IMG/VR virus record: IMGVR_UViG_3300026077_000001
DNA: 64,000 nucleotides
From: a virus
Taxonomy: Duplodnaviria > Caudoviricetes
Strand: one strand, 5' to 3'
Position numbers and translations under genes: made by a program
Notes under the pieces: model-generated
The model's input: only the letters and a program-made list of their open reading frames with translations
Database searches by the model: none
Told to the model about the DNA's origin: nothing
Shown here: piece by piece, positions 18,011 to 27,222 of the stretch
Numbering within the stretch: position 1 is the first letter of the stretch
How the letters are laid out: every line of letters begins with the position of its first letter

Positions 18011-20047
18011 ATGACAGCAATAAGCAAGGTTAGATTCTTTAAAATGGTGACTCCGCCTGACAAGTCGGATGATACCAAAGTTTCTGTTGGAAATAAAACT
18101 ATAGCAGGTAGTAGTTTTTCTACAACTATATCTGCTATTAATTCTTTAGGTGCTACAGTTAATAGTATTGCTGTAGCAATAAAAGAAGTTAAGGATCAGA
18201 ATAAGCGTCAAGTTGACCGTCAGAAAAGAAATGCTGCTTTAGCATCTGATGCTGCTAGAGAGAAGAAGTTAGAAGCAGATAAAGATGGTGGTGGTGATGA
18301 TAATACAGTAGCGAAGCTTGTTGGAGGAGGACTGGGATTCTTAGGGAATCTTATGAAGTTCTTCAAGGGTCTTATAATGTACAAGGCTCTTGATTGGATT
18401 AGTGATCCTGCTAATAGAGAACGAGTAAAAACAACGTTAGAAAGAATTAAAAAGTTTTGGGAGATGTTAGTTGGTGCATTTACTAAACTAAGCAATTGGA
18501 TTGGAGAGAACTGGGAGAAGACGTTTGGTGAAGATAAGACCTTAATAGAAAGGTTACAAGGAATAGCTGGGCTTACAGGAGCATTAGCTGGACTAGCATT
18601 TCTAGCAAATCCAGTAGGTTTCATTAGTAATATCACTGGCATCCTTCAGATGGTTGGTGGTGGTATTGTTAACCTTGGTAAGTTCTTAGGTGGGAATACT
18701 GTTGGTAGATCTCTATTGGCAATTGGTCAAGGAGTTGAGGCTTATAATAGAACACTAAATGATGAAACGATAGCAGAAGAAGATAGACAGTCAAGTGCTA
18801 TAGGTGCTGGTGTTGGTAGTACTACTGGATCAATGGTTGGTAGTACTATTGGTGCTAGTTTCTTAGGACCTATTGGTGGTATTATTGGTGCTGCTCTTGG
18901 TGGATTTATAGGTGAGAACGTTGGTAAGTTTCTTGGTCCTATTGCTGAGGACTTCTTTAAAGGAATTAAGGAGGTCTTTGATGTGGTTATGGAATGGTTC
19001 GAGAAACTTATGGAACCATTAAAACAAGCAGTATCAGAGGTATTTGAAGCACTTGGTCCTGTAATGCAAACGATAGTCGATAAACTTAAAGAACATATGC
19101 CTTTCATTGAAAAGGTAATGGGTATTTTAGGTACGGTTGTCTTTGGTCCTTTGATTCTGTTGCTTAAAGGTTTGACTGGTCTACTCAAATTAGTACCAAC
19201 AGAGTCTGAGATGAATGAAATAAAGGATGGACAGGAGACTAATGGTGATACACCAGAAGCAAGTAAGGGTGGAATAATACCGTACAGATCTATTGGTGGT
19301 ATCGTTCCATTCAATATGGACTTTAAACTACCTGAGAGAAGTCAAGGTGGTTGGATAAGTGGTCCTCAGTCTGGTTATCCTGTTAGTCTGGATGGTAGAG
19401 GTGTTGATTTCATTGGTCACGGACTAGAGTACGTTGCAAAGAGATCGTCAGGTGGATTTGTTATACCCGTTGACACACCACACACCCGTAGAGATCCTGG
19501 TTTAACTAAGAGAAAAGCAGTTCAAGCAAATGCATTTGGATACAAGGTTCCTGGCTTCTCTGAAGGTGGTAAGATTAATATTGATAAACTTGTTACATCT
19601 CCAGTACTTAATTTACCTGAATTTAGTACTGGTGGATTAGCTTTAAGTGGAGGAGAGTCTGATTCTGCGATAATGAGACAAATGATAGGATCTGGAATGC
19701 TTACATCTCCAGTAACAAATTCTATTAGTGTAAATTTGACTGGAGGGGAGTCTGATTCTAATATATTGTTAAAGGCGATCAAAGCTCAACAGAATAATGT
19801 TGGACAGAATCTTAATGATCTGGTTGGTAGAGTTAAGGATGCAGCCTCCTCAGTAACCTTGACTGGAAATGAGTCTGATTCTCAAATAATGTTAAAGGCA
19901 ATCAAAGCTCAACAAGAGCAAGTTCCTCAAGATGTTACTGAAATACCTATCACTAGAGAAGGTAAGCGTAACCCTGCAGCACCATTCTTAGTAAGTAGAT
20001 TCGGTAGAAATGCTGAGTCTAGTAACCCAGTAAGCAACTTCTTATGA
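18011..20047 (+). CDS. Tape-measure/hub-like paralog
   Basis: Architecture similar to the preceding gene; GGIIGAALGGFIG glycine-zipper. Confidence 0.65.
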   Translation: MTAISKVRFFKMVTPPDKSDDTKVSVGNKTIAGSSFSTTISAINSLGATVNSIAVAIKEVKDQNKRQVDRQKRNAALASDAAREKKLEADKDGGGDDNTVAKLVGGGLGFLGNLMKFFKGLIMYKALDWISDPANRERVKTTLERIKKFWEMLVGAFTKLSNWIGENWEKTFGEDKTLIERLQGIAGLTGALAGLAFLANPVGFISNITGILQMVGGGIVNLGKFLGGNTVGRSLLAIGQGVEAYNRTLNDETIAEEDRQSSAIGAGVGSTTGSMVGSTIGASFLGPIGGIIGAALGGFIGENVGKFLGPIAEDFFKGIKEVFDVVMEWFEKLMEPLKQAVSEVFEALGPVMQTIVDKLKEHMPFIEKVMGILGTVVFGPLILLLKGLTGLLKLVPTESEMNEIKDGQETNGDTPEASKGGIIPYRSIGGIVPFNMDFKLPERSQGGWISGPQSGYPVSLDGRGVDFIGHGLEYVAKRSSGGFVIPVDTPHTRRDPGLTKRKAVQANAFGYKVPGFSEGGKINIDKLVTSPVLNLPEFSTGGLALSGGESDSAIMRQMIGSGMLTSPVTNSISVNLTGGESDSNILLKAIKAQQNNVGQNLNDLVGRVKDAASSVTLTGNESDSQIMLKAIKAQQEQVPQDVTEIPITREGKRNPAAPFLVSRFGRNAESSNPVSNFL

Positions 20048-21753
20048 GCGACTTACCAATACAACCTAAAGGTTATAAGATAACCAAATTCAATCTTATA
20101 ACTAAGGACGATTCTAATCCTGATCAAAAAGTTGACCAGATTGAACCTCTTGGGGAACATTCTCTTGTTGATGTAAGGAAACTTTGTTCTGGGTTTAATT
20201 ATATTGAGTCCATAGATTCACCATCGGTTAGGATGGAGATTGCTATGTTTGATACTATTGACCTTATCAGTGGTATGACTGGTAATGAAATTATTCAAAT
20301 AACAATAGAAACTGACTCTGCTCCTGGTATGGAACTGGAGATAAGTCAGAAAATATTTAAAATTGGTGAGATTACTAAGTCTGAACGTGCACAACTCTAC
20401 GTCATTTATACTGTGTCACCTGAGACTATTAACAATGAAACCAATAAAGTCTTCAAGTCGTTTAAGGATAACATCGGCTCAGCACACGTTGAGTGGTGTG
20501 TTAAAGAAAAATTGAAGTCCTCTGGCAAGAACTATTCCTACGAACCCTCGAAGGGTAACTTCAGATTCCTAGCACCGACTTGGAGACCATATGATTGTAT
20601 CGGATATATCTCAGATAAAATTGTCAGTTCAATAACCAATACTGCTGGTTACTTGTTCTTTGAGAATAGAGATGGTTATTATTTCCATACTATAGATTGG
20701 TTATGTTCGGACAGAAATCCTACTGCTGCTAAACCACCCAAGTATACTTATGAACAGGCAAACGTAGGTGACTCAGATTTTAATGCTTTTAAGATTGAAA
20801 GTATAAACTTCCCAGACAGAGCAAATCATTTGGAGAAGATGAGATCAGGTACCTATAGTAATACAGTAATAGGAATTAAGTTACCTGCAGTAACCAGTGG
20901 TAATCTACCTGCATCAGGTGATGGTGACTCCTCTCTTGTAGATATTGCTGCAGCCAACGATGTCAGCAGATTGATTGAAATAGACAATCGAATGGATACA
21001 TTGAATGCAAGACGAGATACCTGGGATGATGCGGATAAAGCAGAATATGCTGCTCTTGAAAAAGAAGAAGCGGAAATAGATGCAAGAAGTGAAGCTGCAC
21101 TTATTGCCAATCAACAAACAACTACCACGACCAGTGGGAACAGCACAACAACTACTACGACCTCTTCCACGTATGTTGAGGCTAAAATAAATGCAGGTGT
21201 AACAACTACTGCAAATTCAGACGGACTGAATACAAACCAAGTTACTACAACTGGAGGGTCTGGTTCTATACAACCACCATTACATATGGGACTGGACAAT
21301 GTGTTTGGAATGGCTAACACAGCAGGTGGAATTTTAAATGATCAGTTCCCATTTCCAAAGGTTAAACCTATATACTTTGATGAAAAGAGACCAACACGTA
21401 CTAAAATACGTGCTCTTCCTGGTATGAAGAACGCCCAGAACCAACAGGATTCTACTGGTGGTGCTGGTAATATGGACTTCGATACAGTGTGGGCATCTGC
21501 ATATAGTTTCAGCCGTTGGCAGTTACTTAATGCAATTACACTTGACATCAGCATACCAGGTAATGTAGCATTAGCAGTAGGTCAACAACTAGAATGCGTT
21601 ATACCTGCTTCAACTAAGGAGGAAGAACGCACAGTTTTAGATCCCATTTATTCAGGTAGATACCTGATTATTGGATTGACTCACAAGTACAATCCAGAAG
21701 GGGTTACGACTATGTTAAACCTATCTAAGGACAGTATTACTACTCCTACTTAA
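20044..21753 (+). CDS. Baseplate hub protein (gp27-like)
   Basis: YLFFENRDGYYFHTIDWL, PGNVALAVG, YSGRYLIIGLTHKY motifs of phage hub proteins. Confidence 0.65.
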   Translation: MSDLPIQPKGYKITKFNLITKDDSNPDQKVDQIEPLGEHSLVDVRKLCSGFNYIESIDSPSVRMEIAMFDTIDLISGMTGNEIIQITIETDSAPGMELEISQKIFKIGEITKSERAQLYVIYTVSPETINNETNKVFKSFKDNIGSAHVEWCVKEKLKSSGKNYSYEPSKGNFRFLAPTWRPYDCIGYISDKIVSSITNTAGYLFFENRDGYYFHTIDWLCSDRNPTAAKPPKYTYEQANVGDSDFNAFKIESINFPDRANHLEKMRSGTYSNTVIGIKLPAVTSGNLPASGDGDSSLVDIAAANDVSRLIEIDNRMDTLNARRDTWDDADKAEYAALEKEEAEIDARSEAALIANQQTTTTTSGNSTTTTTTSSTYVEAKINAGVTTTANSDGLNTNQVTTTGGSGSIQPPLHMGLDNVFGMANTAGGILNDQFPFPKVKPIYFDEKRPTRTKIRALPGMKNAQNQQDSTGGAGNMDFDTVWASAYSFSRWQLLNAITLDISIPGNVALAVGQQLECVIPASTKEEERTVLDPIYSGRYLIIGLTHKYNPEGVTTMLNLSKDSITTPT

Positions 21754-21759
21754 ACTATT

Positions 21760-21987
21760 ATGGAAACCATAGAACAACACATCCAAAAAGATAGAGAGAT
21801 CTTAGACGATCCTCAAACAAACCCTGCTGCTCGCAGGCACTACAAAGAAGAGCTACACGATTTAGAAGAGTATGCAGAGCATCATAAAGCAGAGATTGAT
21901 GCAGGAGATCATCACGATCCTAATGCTATTGAACTGTTTTGTGATCAGAACCCAGATGAGCCAGAATGCCTAGTGTATGACGATTAG
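21760..21987 (+). CDS. cp12: CP12 Calvin-cycle regulator
   Basis: C-terminal ELFCDQNPDEPECLVYDD. Confidence 0.95.
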   Translation: METIEQHIQKDREILDDPQTNPAARRHYKEELHDLEEYAEHHKAEIDAGDHHDPNAIELFCDQNPDEPECLVYDD

Positions 21988-22150
21988 AAGATTATGGAGA
22001 ATCTGGAAGTATACTCTAGGTTCTTTTAGTGACGAGACAACCAAACGATACGATAATACTGTAGCAATTATGAGGTCTCTCATCTTTGCTACATATCTTA
22101 TAACCAACTGCTTTATTACAGCAGGGGTAATTCGTCACTGGAACAATTAA
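21977..22150 (+). CDS. Small membrane protein (57 aa, not in ORF track)
   Basis: MTIRRLWRIWKYTLGSFSDETT...NCFITAGVIRHWNN; typical cyanophage ORF. Confidence 0.7.
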   Translation: MTIRRLWRIWKYTLGSFSDETTKRYDNTVAIMRSLIFATYLITNCFITAGVIRHWNN

Positions 22151-22153
22151 ATT

Positions 22154-22717
22154 ATGACTGCTGTACAATCATTCATCGCAGGTGGAACCATTGAACCTGA
22201 GATATGCGATGGGGTTTTAGATTTTTATAACACTTGCGAATACCTTGAAAAGGTAGCAGGTGAGACAAGTCAAGGGGTTGATAAGATAATTAAACAGTCT
22301 ACAGATATGGCAGTACCATCTTGGATAAAGGATCCACGTATTGTTAAATATCTTGATGCCGTTCAAGGTGGATTATCTCTATACATAGAACAGTATCCGT
22401 GGGCTTCTATGGCAGACTTAGAGGTACTTGAACCATTTAATATACAACATTATATTCCTGGTGCTTGTTTCTCTCAACCTCATACTGAACGTGTGGGATC
22501 TAATAAGACAAGTTCCTTCAGACATCTAGTCTGGATGACCTATCTTAATGATATTGAAGAGGGTGGTGGTACTAACTTTGTACACCAAGATTTAGAGTTA
22601 GAACCTAAGAAAGGACTGACTATGATCTGGCCTGCAGACTGGACTCACGTACACCACGGAATACCTGCACCTAAAGAAGATAAATATATAGTAACAGGAT
22701 GGGTATCATACGCTTAA
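22154..22717 (+). CDS. 2OG-Fe(II) oxygenase (prolyl-4-hydroxylase-like)
   Basis: PHTE, YLNDIEEGGGTNF, WTHVHHG, KYIVTGW. Confidence 0.85.
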   Translation: MTAVQSFIAGGTIEPEICDGVLDFYNTCEYLEKVAGETSQGVDKIIKQSTDMAVPSWIKDPRIVKYLDAVQGGLSLYIEQYPWASMADLEVLEPFNIQHYIPGACFSQPHTERVGSNKTSSFRHLVWMTYLNDIEEGGGTNFVHQDLELEPKKGLTMIWPADWTHVHHGIPAPKEDKYIVTGWVSYA

Positions 22718-22720
22718 ACA

Positions 22721-25141
22721 ATGCCAGCAACACTTGACGCTATAGGAAAATCAGATGTAATGGGACGTGACGGATTCACTTGGTGGGTCGGTGAAGTCGA
22801 AGACATTGAGGATCCCCAGAATCTAGGACGTACTAAGGTACGTATTATAGGTTGGTATACTGGTGCGGGTGAAGTTGCCTATACTAAAGAAATGCCGACT
22901 GAGGATTTACCTTGGGCGGTTACTATGCTGCCTACTGATCAGGCAGGTATAAAAAACTCTGGGACGAAGTGTGAACTTCAGGTCGGTGCTCAGGTATTAG
23001 GGTTCTTCCTTGATGGAGAGGAAGCACAACTACCTGTTGTTATGGGATCACTGCGTGGTTTCAAGAACAATAGTCAAGACGGACAAGCAAGTACAGAGGC
23101 AGAGACAGGAGCTACAGTTGTTGCTGATCCTACGAAAGCTCTTCCAGAGGAAGAGATGCCACCTCAGGCTAAGTCTTTACAAGGTGAGGTAGTTCACGGA
23201 GGATCACCCTTTAATGTTGTCGGTGGAGAACAAGCAGGAGATGAGAACGGAGGAGAAGAAAAGTCCCGTGGTGTCATCTCAATAGCAGAAGTTCGAGCAC
23301 CAGGTAACGTTTATACGAACCCAATAAAAATCCCTGCAGATGCGTTTGCAGTCGGGGATGGACTCAGTGGACCAGCAGGTATAGGATTCGAGAAGGATCT
23401 TAAGAGAATGCTTACCGAATTTGGTCAATTAACAGGTTCCATAGCAAGAGGAAGTAAAGGAGATTTAATCTCCATTATTAGTGGAGGAAAGATTAGTAAC
23501 AAGCAGATCCAAGCTTCTCTTGATGGCATTAAGACATCAGTGTCTAATGCAATTAGTGGTATTATGAGTGCATTGAAGAACGTACTAGCACAAGGAATAG
23601 AGAGTATGGTTAGTAGCCTACTCGGTTCGTTAACAAATGTGATACCACTCGGTATAATACAGCAGCTATTGAAACTCGCTACATTCATTACAGGTCTGTT
23701 TTGTAACTTCGAAGCAAATTATATTTTAGGAGCGATCAGTGGTGCTCTAGGAGACATTACTGGATTTGCTAATAGTATTTCATCTAATATCGTTGATAAA
23801 GTTGTCGGTGGTCTTGCCACTAAGGTAAATGACACAGTTAACGGTGTTCTATCAAAGGTACAAGGAGCAGTAGGTAAGGTTGCTGCTATGGGTAACAAGG
23901 TAATGGCTGCAATTAACGTTGCAAAAGGTGGATTGAGTCTAGTATCTAAACTTAAGTCATTATTCTCGTTCGATTTCTCAAAGATGAACTGGTCTTCCTT
24001 GATCAGCATCATCATCGGACTATTGAAGATGTTGTTCGGTAACAAGGACTGTGGGAGGGGTCATCGAGAACCTAAACAAAAGTTCTGGCTGCCACTGTTA
24101 GGTACGAGTACGTGTGAATCCGTACCAGAATTCTTGCAGCAAGAAATTGAGATAGGAGGATCAAGTGATTTAGCTGGTGAAGGTAATTACACCACTAAAG
24201 GTGACTATTTCAGTAGCTTGATGGAAGGTATTAACCCATTTAAGGTTCAAGCTCAAACATTCCTTAACGGTTCTTCTATTATTCAGGACAATACACCTGG
24301 TAAAGAAAAGACCATTGTTAAGCATAGTGGTGGTCAGACTACTATTGCTACTGCTGATGGTAATCAACACAGGAACCAACCTGGTAATGATACAAAGATT
24401 GTTGGACGTGATGAATGTACTAATGTTAAAGGAAATAAGACTGTAACTATTGAGGGTGACTATACTCTTAAAGTTATGGGTGACTTCAACATAGAAGTTG
24501 GAGGAACACACAACCTAAACGTATCACAGGGTGTTGGTAATGGTGGTAGTAAGCAATCTAAAGCAGCAACAACTTATGCATCTGACTACGATGTGAGTTA
24601 TGAAGGAGATTACAAAATACAGGCTCCTAATATCACGTTTAATGCCCTTAATGAGTTCTCTTGTAATGCTTCTACGATTTCTAACAAGGCATCTTCACTA
24701 ATGAACTCCATATCTGGTGAGATTATTAATGAGTGTGCTTGGAAGACAGAATTTATTAACAACGTTCACTTTAAGAATGTTGGTATGATGAACCCCATAC
24801 CTGCTATCACAGGTGTGGTTAACCTTGTTAAAGGACCAACTATTTCAATTAATGGTAGTGGTCTCGGTCCTGTACCAATGCCAGCAGCACAGATTAATAT
24901 TTGTGAATGTACAATTCCTGGTGGAATCATTGATGTTGTGAACGGTACTTCAGGTGGTCGCTTAACTCTTGTAAACACTGGTGCAGGTGGTATCGGAGAA
25001 TTCAATACTGCTCCAGGTGGTGCGATATTTAATCAGGTTCAAAGCGGTGTAGCAGTATATAACGTAAACACAGGGGTCTTCGCTGCAGGATGTGGTGGTG
25101 GACCTGCTCAATTCTATGGGTTGCCAGTTCTGCTGAATTAG
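22721..25141 (+). CDS. gp5: Baseplate central spike gp5
   Basis: OB-fold WWVGEVEDIEDPQNLGRTKVRIIG and VLGFFLDGEEAQLP; beta-helix repeats; no T4-lysozyme domain visible. Confidence 0.88.
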   Translation: MPATLDAIGKSDVMGRDGFTWWVGEVEDIEDPQNLGRTKVRIIGWYTGAGEVAYTKEMPTEDLPWAVTMLPTDQAGIKNSGTKCELQVGAQVLGFFLDGEEAQLPVVMGSLRGFKNNSQDGQASTEAETGATVVADPTKALPEEEMPPQAKSLQGEVVHGGSPFNVVGGEQAGDENGGEEKSRGVISIAEVRAPGNVYTNPIKIPADAFAVGDGLSGPAGIGFEKDLKRMLTEFGQLTGSIARGSKGDLISIISGGKISNKQIQASLDGIKTSVSNAISGIMSALKNVLAQGIESMVSSLLGSLTNVIPLGIIQQLLKLATFITGLFCNFEANYILGAISGALGDITGFANSISSNIVDKVVGGLATKVNDTVNGVLSKVQGAVGKVAAMGNKVMAAINVAKGGLSLVSKLKSLFSFDFSKMNWSSLISIIIGLLKMLFGNKDCGRGHREPKQKFWLPLLGTSTCESVPEFLQQEIEIGGSSDLAGEGNYTTKGDYFSSLMEGINPFKVQAQTFLNGSSIIQDNTPGKEKTIVKHSGGQTTIATADGNQHRNQPGNDTKIVGRDECTNVKGNKTVTIEGDYTLKVMGDFNIEVGGTHNLNVSQGVGNGGSKQSKAATTYASDYDVSYEGDYKIQAPNITFNALNEFSCNASTISNKASSLMNSISGEIINECAWKTEFINNVHFKNVGMMNPIPAITGVVNLVKGPTISINGSGLGPVPMPAAQINICECTIPGGIIDVVNGTSGGRLTLVNTGAGGIGEFNTAPGGAIFNQVQSGVAVYNVNTGVFAAGCGGGPAQFYGLPVLLN

Positions 25142-25149
25142 TGTATAAT
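25121..25149 (+). promoter_or_regulatory. Sigma70-like promoter
   Basis: TTGCCA-N17-TATAAT. Confidence 0.75.
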
Positions 25150-25153
25150 AATT

Positions 25154-25347
25154 TTGTTGGGTTGATCACCCGACAAGGGAGTGACTGAATAATCTTTCTG
25201 GCAAACGCTGGATAAGGTGATGAGACACAGGTGGTGCTGCACCGAGAGGTGAATCGACTTACCAGTCGGGTCTCAGGCAAGGACGTAAAATTTACTACTG
25301 TAGTAATGCCCGTTCTTTGTTGGTATACAGAAATCCAACCTCCCACC
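25154..25347 (+). ncRNA. Large multi-helix structured RNA, possibly the manA RNA motif
   Basis: Closing GGGAG/CTCCC; TGAGAC/GTCTCA; CACC-GAGA-GGTG; CGACT/AGTCG; AAGGACG/CGTTCTT; GTTGG/CCAAC; family name recalled from memory, not verified. Confidence 0.65.
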
Positions 25348-25368
25348 CTACCTATTCACGAGGCTATT

Positions 25369-25521
25369 ATGAGTAGAAGACAGTACACAGTCAAACTTAG
25401 AAGACCACAGTCTGCGGTTCCACTAATTGAAATCGTTACAGATTGCTTGACTATGCAAGAAGCAATCATTCGTGCAGAAGCACGTACAGGTTTAAAGCAC
25501 TTTACTGCATTCCCCTCCTAA
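25369..25521 (+). CDS. Small hypothetical protein (50 aa)
   Basis: Start at MSRRQY with GAGG RBS; longer track ORF overlaps the RNA. Confidence 0.6.
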   Translation: MSRRQYTVKLRRPQSAVPLIEIVTDCLTMQEAIIRAEARTGLKHFTAFPS

Positions 25522-25769
25522 TGGATTCTGAAGAAATCAACTATATACTCTTTGAGTACTTCGATCTTCTTATGGACACACAAGAACTCTGGTTAGATTA
25601 TGTGTGGATTAATGTTCCACAACGATCAGTATCCCTTCAGTCATCTGATGGAAATATTGAAAAGATACGATTCAAGTGGGATGAAGAAGGTGCAGAAGGA
25701 TTCCAAGAGGTAATCGCAACTATTTGCGAGACCGTACCTGAAGACCAACGTTGTTTTGTATCTAAATGA
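25521..25769 (+). CDS. Hypothetical protein
   Basis: Start MDSEEINY at TAATG overlap. Confidence 0.65.
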   Translation: MDSEEINYILFEYFDLLMDTQELWLDYVWINVPQRSVSLQSSDGNIEKIRFKWDEEGAEGFQEVIATICETVPEDQRCFVSK

Positions 25770-26056
25770 ATAGACTAACTTATGAAGAAGCCATTGAAAA
25801 CATTGGTTTCACTTTGAAATTAGCATCACGAGGACAACCATTTGTAGTGGAATGTCCAGAAGGAAACGTTATTATTTCACCTGTTGCTAATTCACCTACA
25901 CAAGAATTTGCAGATAAAGAGATAGAAGGATATCATCAAGGACCACCACCAATGCCAGGAGTGGGTGGACTTCCAAGTCAAACAGATGTAGCGAGTTTCG
26001 CTCAACAAGAGACTATGGAAGCGGTTAAGGAAATTAGAGCACGTGGCAATCTCTAG
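25766..26056 (+). CDS. Hypothetical protein
   Basis: 96-aa coupled ORF. Confidence 0.65.
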   Translation: MNRLTYEEAIENIGFTLKLASRGQPFVVECPEGNVIISPVANSPTQEFADKEIEGYHQGPPPMPGVGGLPSQTDVASFAQQETMEAVKEIRARGNL

Positions 26057-26483
26057 TGCTACATTTCTAGAGTACCTGTGTCATAAGTGGGATAATCTAC
26101 ATCAAGCACAGTGTCAACCTAATCAGTTTGCACACGTGCATTATGATTGGTGGGTAGAAGGAGCTCATTTACATAGTAGACAATGGTATGATTGGAATGG
26201 TCACGTATATCGTGAGAGAACGCATCGACTGGATGTACAAGATGACCATATAAAACTGAATATCAACGAAAGTGGCCTGCACCTTATCTTTACATTAGAT
26301 GAGACAGGTCACGGTTTTATTGGTAAGGTACCACCAAATTCATACAATGAAAATGGTATACTAATAGAAACTACTATCACCTTAGATTGTGCTACATTCA
26401 CATCATTTGATGTAGGTACAGATAAGGATGGTAAGATATTATGGGGTAAGATCCCTGGTCCTTTCATTTTTAAACATACATAA
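26043..26483 (+). CDS. cpeT: CpeT/CpcT-like bilin lyase, copy 1 (short, divergent)
   Basis: WDNLHQAQ..P.QFAH, YRER, D.G.D..G..LWG..PGPFIF pattern of T-type lyases. Confidence 0.65.
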   Translation: MAISSATFLEYLCHKWDNLHQAQCQPNQFAHVHYDWWVEGAHLHSRQWYDWNGHVYRERTHRLDVQDDHIKLNINESGLHLIFTLDETGHGFIGKVPPNSYNENGILIETTITLDCATFTSFDVGTDKDGKILWGKIPGPFIFKHT

Positions 26484-26929
26484 TGCAGACCGATGAATTT
26501 CTTGAGGTGCTAGTCAAGCACTGGCACAATCTTAAACAAGCTCAATCTAGTCCAACGTCATTTGCTTATGTGCATTATGAATGGTACTACGATGACGGTG
26601 TTCTAAAAACTAAACAATGGTACGATTACAATCCACACGAACCTTATAGACAGAGAGAACACAAAGTCTACGTTAACCGTTGGAATGATGCTATTATATT
26701 AGAGACAAATGATGCAGCAGATACTATATGGACTGCAAGTACTAATGGGTGGGTAGGAAAGACTGATCCAAATTGGAAGCATCCTAAAGGGTATACTGTT
26801 AAGACTAAAGCAACTCTTGATAAGTCAGGAGTTTTTGCTACTGATGATAGAGGTTGGGATAAGGATGGGAATTTACTTTGGGGATCTAACAAAGGACCAT
26901 TTGTATTTGAACAATGCGATACAAGATAA
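26483..26929 (+). CDS. cpeT: CpeT/CpcT-like bilin lyase, copy 2
   Basis: WHNLKQAQSSPTSFAY, PYRQR, DDRGWDKDGNLLWGSNKGPFVF. Confidence 0.7.
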   Translation: MQTDEFLEVLVKHWHNLKQAQSSPTSFAYVHYEWYYDDGVLKTKQWYDYNPHEPYRQREHKVYVNRWNDAIILETNDAADTIWTASTNGWVGKTDPNWKHPKGYTVKTKATLDKSGVFATDDRGWDKDGNLLWGSNKGPFVFEQCDTR

Positions 26930-27168
26930 CCTCAGACCCAAGAATGCTTCATAACCACGGTATTGTACTGATGTGGTTCATTATGGGTATGCCATTTACT
27001 TTTGATGAAATTGACAATCCCTCGTTTGAATTGATTGAAGAATGTGAAGAGAAAACCAAATACACAATGGAGGATCTCTATCACATATCACAGTATTTGA
27101 TTATGGAAGAATGTCATCCAATATTGTTTGAGATGTCAGCTCAGTGTGAAGGTGAGGTTCCATATTAA
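26914..27168 (+). CDS. Cyanophage hypothetical protein
   Basis: 84-aa coupled ORF. Confidence 0.65.
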   Translation: MRYKITSDPRMLHNHGIVLMWFIMGMPFTFDEIDNPSFELIEECEEKTKYTMEDLYHISQYLIMEECHPILFEMSAQCEGEVPY

Positions 27169-27186
27169 ACCCGCCTTTGATAGAGT

Positions 27187-27194
27187 TATAAATA
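27187..27194 (+). promoter_or_regulatory. T4 late promoter
   Basis: TATAAATA upstream of the fibre block. Confidence 0.75.
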
Positions 27195-27222
27195 AAACTG
27201 TACGTAATAGCGAATAGAGTTA

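Noticed and set aside
15742-19782. Long antisense ORFs over the tape-measure-like genes
   Set aside because: Expected from the codon bias of the sense genes; no promoter or motifs.
25231-25368. Upstream extension of ORF 25231-25521
   Set aside because: Overlaps the structured RNA; a better start with RBS lies at 25369.
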